Shown in pieces: positions 9,009-19,456 of a stretch of 64,000 bases of DNA. The position numbers and the translations under genes were made by a program. Below the pieces are notes generated by a model. The model ran no database searches, was not told the origin of the DNA, and saw only the letters and a program-made list of their open reading frames with translations. Position 1 is the stretch's first letter. The number at the start of each line of letters is the position of its first letter. The DNA is from an uncultured Bacteroidales bacterium. GTDB taxonomy: Bacteria; Bacteroidota; Bacteroidia; Bacteroidales; UBA1402. The DNA lies in the NCBI GenBank assembly GCA_942493385.1, contig OW818699.1:1981550-2045549 (forward strand), written 5' to 3'.

Positions 9009-11273
9009 ATGAAAAAATCCAGGCTCATTCATTGGATGATCGGAATTTTGACGTTACCCTTGCTGATCACTTCCTGCAACAACATGCAGGATCATTACAG
9101 CATTCCAGATTGGTTGAAGGGCAGCGCATTTGAAGTTCTCGAATCCAGGGGCAATTACTCGATTTTTCTGGAAGGTGTTAAAAAAGCCGGCTATGAGTCC
9201 ATAGTCGACGGAAAAAGCATTCTGACGGTGATGGCTCCGAACGATTCTGCGTTTACGGTCTATCTCCAGAAAAAAGGGCTCAACTCCATTTCCGAAATGA
9301 ATGAAACGGAATTGAAAAAATTAATCGGTTTTCATTTGGTTTATTATGCGTTCGACTGGAACAAACTGGTCAACTTCAGACCCACGGAGGGAGACGGTGC
9401 CACCGAAGAGCAAAAAGCCGTCATGGCCGGTTATTATTACAAATTCAGAACCAAAAGCAGTGACGCCATCAGTAGGGAGTACAATCCCCTTTTAAGTGAC
9501 ACTGTTTCGGTGTATCATCTGGAACGCTTTTTGCCTGTTTTTTCCTATAAATTGTTTGAAACCAAGGGCATCGATGCCCAAACCAATTACGAATATTTTT
9601 ATCCCGACTCCAAATGGACGGGAGGGACCACCGGTTTCAACATCTCCAATGCCAGTGTTCAGAATACTTCCAACGTCATTTCAGACAACGGCTATGTCTT
9701 TCTGGTGAATCAAGTGCTTGATCCGCTCGAAACCATTTATACGGAACTTAAAAACCGCTATGCGGATTACTCCTTGTTTTTCGACCTGTACAATTCCTAT
9801 TCATCGTATACGCTGGACGCCGAATTGACCAAGAATTTTGGCAACGGTCAAAACCTTTACCTGCACAGTCACAAATCACTGCCTCCCATCGCGTATGAGT
9901 GGCCTACCTCCAGTTACTTGAACATTAAGGACTTATCCAGTAGCTGCTACAATGTTTTCGCACCGACCAATGCTGCCATGGACTTGTTCTTCAACGATTT
10001 CTGGAAAGTGGGAGGGTATGCTTCCTTGTCCGATCTGGATCCGTTGGTGCTCGAATATTTCTTGCTTCAATCGTTTTCAAGTGCCAGCAATCTGGTGTTT
10101 CCGGAAGAAATCACCAACGGAACGGTGCTGACCTCCTTTAACACCCCGATCACCGTCAATCCAAGCGATGTTTCGCTTCGCAAGGTTTGCGCCAACGGTT
10201 CACTTTATGGTATGGATCGGATGACGGCACCTGCCATTTTCTCCTCGGTAGCCGGTCCAGCTTTCAAATATCTGAAGTATCGGAATTTCCTGTATGCGCT
10301 CGACGGCTCCGACTTGTTGCTTGCATTGGCTTCCAAAGAGTCCAGATTCATTACCCTGATGCCCGATACCGCTCAATTCAATACGGAAATCATGCGTCTT
10401 GCCAAACTGACCACCGGTAGCGTACTGCAGAAATTCTCGGACGAAACCGGAACGTATGTCGATATGAGTAAAAGTGAAATGACCAATCTGGTCAATATCC
10501 ATCTTTGCAATGGTGCAGCTGAACTTTCAGCCACCGAAACCCAGGTGCTCGAAACCAATGTGGCTTTCAATTATTGGTATGTTCACGACGGCAAGATCAC
10601 GACCAACCGTTTGTTCAATCAATATTTGAATCCTGATTTCACAGGCGATCCTTTTGTAACGTTTACAGAAATCAATAATGGAACCGATTCCTGGACCAAT
10701 GGAAAATCGTATTCGTACAACCACACGGGTTTGTTCAAAGCCGATGAAAGCGATGGTTTGGAATATGCGCTGGCCATCTGCAACGATGCCCGTTATCCGT
10801 ATTACCTGTTTACACAACTTTTGCTAAAAGCAGGATTGATAACCGATACCAATCTGAACAATTTGATGGAAGGTTCCCGGTTTATCGCCTTTATTCCAAC
10901 CAACGCCGTCATCAAGGCCAAATTGGCCAGCATCCCAGGAAGCTCCGGTTTAACCGTTGCTGCAAATGGATCGTTGTCCGGCACCTTGGTTACTGCCAAC
11001 AAAACCAAATTGGCCAACTACCTGAGATCCTTGTTCATTACTTCCGACCTCAATACCTTTACAGGTTATCCGTATCCAGGTTCAGGCATTCAGGGTACGT
11101 ACGACACGTATGGCAACTACAAGATCATGTTGCTCGACAATGGTGTCAACCAGCCCTTATCCGTTAAATTCACTACCAGTGTGGCACCGGTCAAAGTGGT
11201 TCCCACCTATTTCTCCTTACCGTTCGCTTATAAGGATGGATGTTTCCACCTGATCGAAGATATTGTATTGTAA
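9009..11273 (+). CDS. Fasciclin (FAS1) repeat lipoprotein, about 4 repeats
   Basis: The ATG at 9009 gives a lipoprotein signal (LLITSC). FAS1-like motifs: TVMAPNDSAF, NGYVFLVNQVL, NVFAPTNAAM, IAFIPTNAVI, DGCFHLIEDIV. Confidence 0.85.
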   Translation: MKKSRLIHWMIGILTLPLLITSCNNMQDHYSIPDWLKGSAFEVLESRGNYSIFLEGVKKAGYESIVDGKSILTVMAPNDSAFTVYLQKKGLNSISEMNETELKKLIGFHLVYYAFDWNKLVNFRPTEGDGATEEQKAVMAGYYYKFRTKSSDAISREYNPLLSDTVSVYHLERFLPVFSYKLFETKGIDAQTNYEYFYPDSKWTGGTTGFNISNASVQNTSNVISDNGYVFLVNQVLDPLETIYTELKNRYADYSLFFDLYNSYSSYTLDAELTKNFGNGQNLYLHSHKSLPPIAYEWPTSSYLNIKDLSSSCYNVFAPTNAAMDLFFNDFWKVGGYASLSDLDPLVLEYFLLQSFSSASNLVFPEEITNGTVLTSFNTPITVNPSDVSLRKVCANGSLYGMDRMTAPAIFSSVAGPAFKYLKYRNFLYALDGSDLLLALASKESRFITLMPDTAQFNTEIMRLAKLTTGSVLQKFSDETGTYVDMSKSEMTNLVNIHLCNGAAELSATETQVLETNVAFNYWYVHDGKITTNRLFNQYLNPDFTGDPFVTFTEINNGTDSWTNGKSYSYNHTGLFKADESDGLEYALAICNDARYPYYLFTQLLLKAGLITDTNLNNLMEGSRFIAFIPTNAVIKAKLASIPGSSGLTVAANGSLSGTLVTANKTKLANYLRSLFITSDLNTFTGYPYPGSGIQGTYDTYGNYKIMLLDNGVNQPLSVKFTTSVAPVKVVPTYFSLPFAYKDGCFHLIEDIVL

Positions 11274-11293
11274 ACGTATAACGAATACCACTT

Positions 11294-14200
11294 ATGAGAA
11301 GGATAAAATACATATTAGTTGCGGTAATTCTGACGTTTGCAGGAGAAGCTTTTGCACAAAGCATCATTTTGTCGGGTCGGGTAACCGAAGTTACAGGCGG
11401 CAGGCAGATACCGATTGAAAGCGCCAATATTTTCGTCGTTACCCGTCAAAGCCGTTATTTGAGCGGTGTCATCGCCGATGCGGACGGAAACTATCACATC
11501 TCAGTCCCGTCCAATGAGACTGGTCTTAGCATTCGCGTTTCGTATATTGGGATGAAGACCAAGACGATCACGTATACGGGCCAGAAACTATTGAATGTGG
11601 TTCTGGAATCGGATGCCAATACGCTGACCGATGTCGTTATTTCCACCAAACGCATTGAACGCGATGGAATGGGTACATCCAGACGAGAACAAACCTCTGC
11701 GACCCAGAAAATCAACATGGATGAAATCATCAATTCCATACCAGTTTCCTCCGTCGAAGAAGCCCTTCAGGGTCAAATGAGTGGTGTTGACGTAGTGTTG
11801 GGTGGTGATCCTGGTGCACGCAGTTCCATCCGAATCCGCGGAACCAATTCGTTGAGCGCCTCTTCCGAACCCTTGATCGTCATCGACGGTATCCCATACT
11901 CCACACAAATCAGTTCCGATTTCTCGTTCGCAACGGCCAATGAAGAAGACTTCGGCGCCTTGCTCAACATTGCTCCTTCGGACATCGAAGCCATCGAAGT
12001 GCTCAAGGATGCCTCAGCAACCGCCATTTATGGTACCAAGGGTTCGAACGGGGTATTGCTCATCACGACGAAAAAAGGATCGAAAGGCAGAACGAATTTT
12101 ACGCTTTCCTCCAAATACACAGGCAAGTACGAGCCAGCATCCATTCCATTGCTGAATGGTGGTCAGTATGTGGCGATGATTCAGGATGCCATCTGGAATA
12201 CTGCCAACGCCAAGGGTCTGGGTTCGGCAACCAATGAATTGGAACTTTTATACAACACGTACGAAATCAATTTTGATCCGACCTTCCAGTACTTTGACGA
12301 ATACAATGTCAATACCAATTGGTTGAACGAGGTTCGTTCGAACGCCACTACGCTGGACAACAGCTTTTCGCTATCCGGTGGTGGGGATAAGGCAACCTAT
12401 CGGTTCTCCCTAGGTTATCTGGACGAACAGGGAACGACGATTGGTACTTCGTTGACGCGTTTGTCCACCAAGCTGAACATCAATTATGATTTTTCCAACC
12501 GCTTGCGCGTGACGGCTGATTTCTCCTATACGCAAAGTGACAAGAACGCCAACTATGCGAATGTACGCAGCGAAGCGTTGACCAAAATGCCCAATAAGAG
12601 CCCTTATTACATCGACAATGTGACAAAGGCTAGGACCTCTCAGTATTTTTCTCGACAGCAGGACGATTTTCAGGGAGCATTCGACGGTGGCTCGAACTAC
12701 AATCCGGTAGCCATGGCGCTGGAAAGTTACAACAACAACGTGCAACGGGAGGAAAAAATTTCGTTCAATGCCCAGTACAAATTCCCGTTCGATCTGATTT
12801 ATCAGGGGTATGTGTCCATGAACATGCGTACTTCCAGGAACAACAAATTTCTCCCGCAAGAAGCTACCGGTGTGCTTTGGACCAGCAATTATGCCAATTT
12901 GAGCACCGATGCGCTTTCCGATAACTTTTCACTTCAAACGGAAAACAAACTCTTGTTCAACAAAACCTGGAATGAAATCCATTCCTTGATAGCCACAGGC
13001 GTCGTTCGCACGTCTCAGTCACAAAGTTTCAGTTACAGCAGTTCGACTTCCGGAAATGCATCCCCGCATCTGGCCGATCCTGTAGTAGGAAGTGTCGTAT
13101 CCGGCATTGGTTCAGGTATGTCTGAAACCCGCAGCATATCCGGTATCGGACAAGCAATTTATACCTTTGACGATCGGTATGTCTTCAAGGGCACCGTCAA
13201 TTATGAAGGAAACTCCGCGATGGGTAAATCCAGACGATTTGGTGCATTTCCTTCGTTCGGACTAGCTTGGAACATGGAAAAAGAATCGTGGTTGGCCGAT
13301 CAGGATTGGTTGCTGGAAGCCAAACTCAGGGTCAGCTTGGGCTGGAGTGGTAATGCTCCCAGTGGTTCTGCCCTATATTTGGGAGCATATCAGTCATTAG
13401 GAACCTATATGAACATGCCGGCCATTTATCCTGTCCGCATTCAGTTGGACAAACTGAAATGGGAAACCTCCAGAGAATGGAACTATGGATTGGATGTGGC
13501 TTTGTGGGAAGGAAAAGTAAACATGACCTTTGATTATTACAACAAATACACCTACGATCTACTGCTTTCAGGCGTAAATATACCTGCCACAACTGGTTAC
13601 GATAATATCAGATATTTCAATTCCGGTGAGATGAGCAATAAAGGCTGGGAATTCCGAACGGATTATGAATTGTACAAGAGTAAGGATTGGAGAGTAGCCT
13701 TGAATTTCAATGTCAGCCAGAACATCAACAAAGTGGAAGCACTACCGGACAATCTGACGGCAGAAAACTATTCCTTCGGCAATGGAAACTATGCCATCCG
13801 TATCGTGGAAGGTGACCCCATCGGTTCCTTCTATGGGTACCGTTACAAAGGCGTTTATCAGAATACGGAAGAAACGTACGCACTGGATAAGGATGGAAAT
13901 GTCATGAAGAATTACAAAGGGCAGACCATCGGTATGAAAAACGGCAAACTGCCGGTTTATCCTGGTGATGCCAAATATGAGGACATCAACAACGACGGTG
14001 TGATCAATGAATACGACATTGTTTACCTGGGTAATTCAAATCCGCTGATGTTAGGTGGGGGAGGTTTCTCCACCAAATACAAGCAATTGACGCTGACTGC
14101 ATTCTTCTATGGCCGTTATGGTCAGAAAGTAATCAATTCAGCCCGTATGTCACTCGAAAACATGTACGACACCAATAACCAAAGCACGGCGGTATTGAAA

Positions 14201-14536
14201 CGCTGGAGAAGCGAGGGTGACGCAACCGATATCCCGAGAGCATTGTACGGAATGGGTTACAACTACCTGGGTTCCGACCGTTTTGTGGAAGATGCCTCGT
14301 TTGTTCGTCTCAAAACCTTGTCCCTGACATATTCTTTTTCAAGAGAACTTTGCAAGCGTTTTGGTGTGAACAATCTGAATGTTTTTTGTACGGCATACGA
14401 CTTGTTTACCTGGACGAACTATACCGGGCAGGATCCCGAAGTCTCACTGCCCTCCTCTGCCACCAGTTTGGTTAAAGATGGAGCTACAACGCCTTGTTCC
14501 AAGAGATTGTCACTCGGCTTTAATCTTAACTTCTAA
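11294..14536 (+). CDS. susC: SusC/RagA-family TonB-dependent transporter (1)
   Basis: Plug motifs IRIRGTNS..EPLIVIDGIP and DIEAIEVLKDASATAIYGTKGSNGVLLITTKKG; ends in the barrel signature LGFNLNF. Confidence 0.95.
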   Translation: MRRIKYILVAVILTFAGEAFAQSIILSGRVTEVTGGRQIPIESANIFVVTRQSRYLSGVIADADGNYHISVPSNETGLSIRVSYIGMKTKTITYTGQKLLNVVLESDANTLTDVVISTKRIERDGMGTSRREQTSATQKINMDEIINSIPVSSVEEALQGQMSGVDVVLGGDPGARSSIRIRGTNSLSASSEPLIVIDGIPYSTQISSDFSFATANEEDFGALLNIAPSDIEAIEVLKDASATAIYGTKGSNGVLLITTKKGSKGRTNFTLSSKYTGKYEPASIPLLNGGQYVAMIQDAIWNTANAKGLGSATNELELLYNTYEINFDPTFQYFDEYNVNTNWLNEVRSNATTLDNSFSLSGGGDKATYRFSLGYLDEQGTTIGTSLTRLSTKLNINYDFSNRLRVTADFSYTQSDKNANYANVRSEALTKMPNKSPYYIDNVTKARTSQYFSRQQDDFQGAFDGGSNYNPVAMALESYNNNVQREEKISFNAQYKFPFDLIYQGYVSMNMRTSRNNKFLPQEATGVLWTSNYANLSTDALSDNFSLQTENKLLFNKTWNEIHSLIATGVVRTSQSQSFSYSSSTSGNASPHLADPVVGSVVSGIGSGMSETRSISGIGQAIYTFDDRYVFKGTVNYEGNSAMGKSRRFGAFPSFGLAWNMEKESWLADQDWLLEAKLRVSLGWSGNAPSGSALYLGAYQSLGTYMNMPAIYPVRIQLDKLKWETSREWNYGLDVALWEGKVNMTFDYYNKYTYDLLLSGVNIPATTGYDNIRYFNSGEMSNKGWEFRTDYELYKSKDWRVALNFNVSQNINKVEALPDNLTAENYSFGNGNYAIRIVEGDPIGSFYGYRYKGVYQNTEETYALDKDGNVMKNYKGQTIGMKNGKLPVYPGDAKYEDINNDGVINEYDIVYLGNSNPLMLGGGGFSTKYKQLTLTAFFYGRYGQKVINSARMSLENMYDTNNQSTAVLKRWRSEGDATDIPRALYGMGYNYLGSDRFVEDASFVRLKTLSLTYSFSRELCKRFGVNNLNVFCTAYDLFTWTNYTGQDPEVSLPSSATSLVKDGATTPCSKRLSLGFNLNF

Positions 14537-14547
14537 TGGAGCTGACT

Positions 14548-16095
14548 ATGAAAAAACTACGCTATATACTGATTTTGTCAGGAATTCTTTCCCTTACTTC
14601 CTGCAACGAGTGGCTCAATATTTTACCTCGAAACGAGCAAGTAACCGACGATTATTGGAAATCGAAAGAAGATGTGGAAGCCGTTCTGGCCTCCGGATAT
14701 TACTACATGCGAAGTTCAGTGCCCGAAATGATTCGTTGGGGTGAGTTGCGCGGTGGAACCCTATACTCCAGCAATGGTGCGGATGCTCCTCTTCAAAACT
14801 TCAACATGACGGCAACTGCTGCCATCTGCAACTACGACAACATCTACAAAACCATCAACATGGCCAACTCGGTGCTGAAATATGCGCCGCTGGTTCGTCT
14901 GGAAGATGACACGTATTACGAGTCGGTGATGAATTCGCATTTGGTGGAAGCCTATTTCATGCGAGCCTTCTGCTATTTCCAATTGGTTAAGAACTACAGG
15001 GATGTGCCCCTGGTCCTGCAGGCTTACGTGAACGATGACGCCTCCTACGAAATGGCCAAATCGTCGGATACCCTGATTATCGCACAGATTAAAAAGGACA
15101 TCACCACCGCTTTGGAAACAGGTGCCGCCAAGGAAAAATACGAGCAGGAATGGCAAACCAAAGGCCGCGTCACCAAATGGGCCTTGTATGCCCTGATGGC
15201 CGATGTTTGCTTGTGGAGCGAAGATTACGACAACTGCATCATTTACTCCAACGAGATTCTGAATGCCACGGCCAGTTTCCGCCCCGTATTCATCAAGGAT
15301 CCCACCAAATGGTTTGATATCTTCTATCCAGGCAACTCCAATGAATCCATCATGGAACTGAATTGGAATTACCAAACCTACAATGAGCGAAATAATTTTG
15401 GTTCCTATTTCACGTTGGATGCCGCATCTCGTTTTAAATTCACCGATGTGGCCATGGAGCTGTTCAAGACCGAAGCAAATGCAGTCAAGGCCAAAGATCC
15501 GACCGTTGACGGTCGCTGGGGCCGTACCTTGCTCGCCACATTCGTGCACAGCGGCTCCATTCTGACCGATTACAAGACAGCCAATCAATTTTATGTTTGG
15601 AAGTACAAAGGCACGGATGTAGCCGATAAGGAAAACGTTCGTACCGCTGAGGATGCCAATTTCATCTTGTACCGAGTAGCCGAAGTCCTGCTGATGAAAG
15701 CCGAGGCTTTGATCATGAAAGGAGAACCGACCTGGGGTGCCGCACTTGGTATCGTCAACCAAATCCGGACTCGCGCCGCATTGGATACGTTGGTAGTGAC
15801 CACTGCCGAAACAAACGAACTCGAAATGCTCAAACTGGTTTTGCACGAACGCGAAATGGAATTTGTAGGCGAAGGCAAACGTTGGTACGACTTGCTTCGT
15901 TTTGGCAAGATGCAAAACTTCAAGTACAAGGAAGAATTCACCACGCTGGTTGTCGAAGCCAATCAAACGATGAACCCGCAGTGGATCCAATCGGTGCTCA
16001 AGAGCAACGACGCACTCTATATGCCTTTGCCACAGAGCGAAATCATAGCCAATCCGCTCTTGGTTCAGAATCCCTATTACGCAACCACCAAATAG
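14548..16095 (+). CDS. susD: SusD/RagB-family lipoprotein (1)
   Basis: Lipobox LSLTSC; EAYFMRAFCYFQLVKNYRDVPL; ILYRVAEVLLMKAEA; ERxMEFVGEGKRWYDLLR. An alternative start at 14536 overlaps the susC stop. Confidence 0.95.
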   Translation: MKKLRYILILSGILSLTSCNEWLNILPRNEQVTDDYWKSKEDVEAVLASGYYYMRSSVPEMIRWGELRGGTLYSSNGADAPLQNFNMTATAAICNYDNIYKTINMANSVLKYAPLVRLEDDTYYESVMNSHLVEAYFMRAFCYFQLVKNYRDVPLVLQAYVNDDASYEMAKSSDTLIIAQIKKDITTALETGAAKEKYEQEWQTKGRVTKWALYALMADVCLWSEDYDNCIIYSNEILNATASFRPVFIKDPTKWFDIFYPGNSNESIMELNWNYQTYNERNNFGSYFTLDAASRFKFTDVAMELFKTEANAVKAKDPTVDGRWGRTLLATFVHSGSILTDYKTANQFYVWKYKGTDVADKENVRTAEDANFILYRVAEVLLMKAEALIMKGEPTWGAALGIVNQIRTRAALDTLVVTTAETNELEMLKLVLHEREMEFVGEGKRWYDLLRFGKMQNFKYKEEFTTLVVEANQTMNPQWIQSVLKSNDALYMPLPQSEIIANPLLVQNPYYATTK

Positions 16096-16103
16096 TATCC
16101 ATC

Positions 16104-17747
16104 ATGAAATTCTATAAACAACTGTTGTTTTCGGTTTCTGTTCTGGCTTTGATAGCCTGCGAAGACCCTTACAAGAACAGTACCTACCAGATTTACAACG
16201 AGAATCCGGTGTCGACGTACCTGGCTTCCAAGGAAGATTTCTCCGAATGGGTCAAGGTTTTGAAATATTCGGACATGTACAATGCCCTGAATCAAGCCGA
16301 TCAGGATTTTACGGCATTCGTTCCCAACAATGAAGCAGTAATAGCCTTTTACCAGAAGATGGGAGTCGCCTCCGTGGAAGAGCTGGGGAAATCGTACGCC
16401 AAAAGCATGGTATTGTATTCGACCGTTTTGGACACCATCAGTGTCAACGACTTTGTCAATATGAAATACACCACCAATCTTTCTGGGGACAAATTGAGTG
16501 TCCAGATTGATTCTACGGTTGCTGGTGAAGCTATTATGGATGGTAACGCCAAAGTCCTGGAAATGTGCATCTCTGTTTCCAATGGAGTCATCTATGTGTT
16601 GGGCGATGTGATGAAACCCTTGGTGGAAACGGTTTATGACCGTTTGGCACAGAACGGAACCTACGGTATTCTGTGCCAAGCCATACAGGAAACTGGTTTG
16701 GATTCTCAACTGAATCGTATGGCAGACACGGTGATCACGGCTGGAAGTCCGCAAATCACCCAACGATTCTACACGGTTCTTGCTGTTTCGGACGCCACGT
16801 TTGCAAAGGATTCCATTTACTCACTGGAAGATTTGAAAACCAAACTGAATGCAACCGGTAATCCGACCAACGATTCGAGCAAATTGTATCAATATGTGGC
16901 ATACCACATCCTTGCCACCAATTCAAGACTGGAAAGTCTAGCCAAATTCACCGCACCCGATACGACGGTGCTTTGGAATACTCAGGCACCCAACAAAGTC
17001 TTGCTGATTACTCTGGATTCGCTTTCGACCGAAAAGTATTTTCTCAATACACTCGATAAGAAAGTGAGTTTTGTTACCGACAAATCCAATGTCCTGGCCA
17101 AAAACGGTTATGTGCACGAAATCAGCGGCTATCTTCCGGTTTGGGAACCTGTTCAGGCCACCGTTGTTTGGGACTTGACGGATTATGCTCAAGTTCGCAG
17201 CATCGTTGGATCCGGTTTTCAACCATCCATCCCAGTTCCCAATGAAACTAAAACGACGCTGAATACGGCTACCTGTTATTCCTTCGAAGCATCGCCTTCC
17301 GGAGTGGGAGGGACCACGTATGCTTATCTGAATTATGTGACCTGCAAAACGAACCTGAAAGCTGCCATCAAGTATGACCGATTGGTTCTGAACCTCGGTT
17401 ATATGGGTAATGTCACGATGAAGACTCCAACACTGGTGCGTGGTAAGTACAAGGTTTCCCTGAAATTCATTTACCTCACCGACCATTCCTTTATGAAGAC
17501 TATGAGTGACGGAAACGGCGGATTGATGAAAATCAGTTTTGATGGAGCCAATTTCAAAAACGTCTCACCATATACGACTGTAACCAGTTCGCTGGCAGGA
17601 GTTTATGACGCAACGCTTTATGAGGAGATTCTCTTTGATGCGACGTCGCCACACGACTTCAAAATCCTTGTCATGGATCCTTCAGCCAGTACCAATTCAA
17701 AGTTCAGCCTACAGCTGGATGCCATCACGTTTACTCCAATACCCTAA
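16104..17747 (+). CDS. Fasciclin-domain lipoprotein with a C-terminal beta-sandwich (DUF5108-like)
   Basis: The ATG at 16104 gives lipobox ALIAC. Motifs TAFVPNNEAV, NGVIYVLGDVM, TVLAVSDATF, NGYVHEISGYL. Confidence 0.85.
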   Translation: MKFYKQLLFSVSVLALIACEDPYKNSTYQIYNENPVSTYLASKEDFSEWVKVLKYSDMYNALNQADQDFTAFVPNNEAVIAFYQKMGVASVEELGKSYAKSMVLYSTVLDTISVNDFVNMKYTTNLSGDKLSVQIDSTVAGEAIMDGNAKVLEMCISVSNGVIYVLGDVMKPLVETVYDRLAQNGTYGILCQAIQETGLDSQLNRMADTVITAGSPQITQRFYTVLAVSDATFAKDSIYSLEDLKTKLNATGNPTNDSSKLYQYVAYHILATNSRLESLAKFTAPDTTVLWNTQAPNKVLLITLDSLSTEKYFLNTLDKKVSFVTDKSNVLAKNGYVHEISGYLPVWEPVQATVVWDLTDYAQVRSIVGSGFQPSIPVPNETKTTLNTATCYSFEASPSGVGGTTYAYLNYVTCKTNLKAAIKYDRLVLNLGYMGNVTMKTPTLVRGKYKVSLKFIYLTDHSFMKTMSDGNGGLMKISFDGANFKNVSPYTTVTSSLAGVYDATLYEEILFDATSPHDFKILVMDPSASTNSKFSLQLDAITFTPIP

Positions 17748-17751
17748 AACT

Positions 17752-19437
17752 ATGAAAGCAACGACTGTTACCAAATACGTTTTGGCGTTGATGATGCCAT
17801 TAATGTTGGTTTCTTGCAGTGATCTGTGGGAAAACCATTACAAGAATTCCAAGACTGAAATATTGAACGATCAAGTGCTTATTGTGGATCAGAGTTCAGA
17901 ACAGTATCTCCAATCGGTGGATTCGCTGTCCGATATGTATACTTTCCTGAAGACGAACGGGATTTTTGATAAACTGAAAGAAAAAGATCAATTGCACACC
18001 CTTTTCATGGTTTACAACGGCGATTATGCTGAGGTCGATGCCGCCAATGCCACCTACATCTCCAATTCGCATGTGACGGATATTTCCATTTCGCCTTCCA
18101 ACCTGTACGATAAGGAACGCATCCTGATGTGGCACGGCAAGTATGTGTCCGTTTCACTGGATTCATTGGCATTGTTGGGCGCCATCGATCACATTGAGGT
18201 CAATGGCATTCCAGTCCGTAAGGTCATCAAGACCAAGGACGGTTACATCTATGTATTGAACCAAATGATCATTACCCCGAAATCGTTGTACGACGTAATC
18301 AATGAATTGAATGATGACTATTCCATCTTCAAAAAATTGGTCATGGAACAGAACGTACTTGTTTTCGACAAGACCAACAGCAAGCCCATCGGTGTGGATA
18401 ATACCGGCAATACCGTCTACGATTCTGTTTTTACCATCACCAATCCGTTTTTTGACAAGAAAAGTTTTGATTTGACTTCAGAATCCTTGACTGCAACAGT
18501 GATGATACCTTCCAATGAAGTGATTCAGAATGCTATGGATGATGCCAAAGCCAAACTGATATCTTGGGAAATGACACGTGACAGTACAATCTTGAAGAAA
18601 TGGATACTAGAAGTGGCCTTCTTCAATACCAAGTATACACCAGCCGATTTGGCAGCCAATGTGGACATCAATTCCATCTACAGCCGTCAGTGGCGAAACA
18701 CGGTCCAACAGGTGGATACCGAGCATCCCATCGCACTTAGCAACGGCATCGCCTATAAAGTCACCTGGATGAAAATCCCCAACAACATCCTGATGTACCG
18801 ACTAAAGGACTATTTCTATTATTACGAAAATTGTACGGAAGCACAAAAAGCCGAATATTTTGTATCCAGCAATTTGGTTTTCAAGGAATGCATTACCGAT
18901 GTGACGGCATGGACGCCGCTGCCAGGTGTTTGGCCAACCATCGAAAACAGAGTGCTGAGCTATGGTTTCGTGGATGTGCTCGTAGATGGCTTTATACTTG
19001 ATTTCACTCCGATCAAACGCGTTTCAAACGGAGAAGGCGGTTACATTGTCAAACCCTGGAAGATCCCACCCGGAGAATACCGGCTCAGCATGGGTTACAA
19101 ACAAAGTCTGAATGTGGATGTGCATATTTCATTGAATGATACTAGTCTGGCAACCATTACATTGGGTTCTGCCACTACTTTCCATTACGACCGTGGAGGT
19201 GTGGGTTATGCCGAAGGTTATCAGGAAGCATTGGATACTCCGGGTTTGATAACCAACAGCAAGAAAGGCAATTACGACCGAGACGGTGGACAGGTAGCTG
19301 CAGCAGTAAGGATAGCAGGCGATGCCAATGGCAATCCGGCTCCCATTAAGATCCGCATTCAGAACACAACGTTTGGGACGGCTACCAAGATGATTTTCCA
19401 CCATTGGTGCCTGAGGCCGACCATCAATAATTATTAA
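17752..19437 (+). CDS. Fasciclin-domain lipoprotein (probable surface glycan-binding protein)
   Basis: The ATG at 17752 gives lipobox MLVSC. Motifs DGYIYVLNQMI, TVMIPSNEVI, NGIAYKV; aromatic-rich C-terminal beta domain. Confidence 0.8.
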   Translation: MKATTVTKYVLALMMPLMLVSCSDLWENHYKNSKTEILNDQVLIVDQSSEQYLQSVDSLSDMYTFLKTNGIFDKLKEKDQLHTLFMVYNGDYAEVDAANATYISNSHVTDISISPSNLYDKERILMWHGKYVSVSLDSLALLGAIDHIEVNGIPVRKVIKTKDGYIYVLNQMIITPKSLYDVINELNDDYSIFKKLVMEQNVLVFDKTNSKPIGVDNTGNTVYDSVFTITNPFFDKKSFDLTSESLTATVMIPSNEVIQNAMDDAKAKLISWEMTRDSTILKKWILEVAFFNTKYTPADLAANVDINSIYSRQWRNTVQQVDTEHPIALSNGIAYKVTWMKIPNNILMYRLKDYFYYYENCTEAQKAEYFVSSNLVFKECITDVTAWTPLPGVWPTIENRVLSYGFVDVLVDGFILDFTPIKRVSNGEGGYIVKPWKIPPGEYRLSMGYKQSLNVDVHISLNDTSLATITLGSATTFHYDRGGVGYAEGYQEALDTPGLITNSKKGNYDRDGGQVAAAVRIAGDANGNPAPIKIRIQNTTFGTATKMIFHHWCLRPTINNY

Positions 19438-19456
19438 TCGGAATAAACAAATACAC

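Noticed and set aside
14761-15990. 409-aa antisense ORF inside susD
   Set aside because: It lies wholly opposite a well-supported gene, has no motifs, and reads like a codon-bias shadow.
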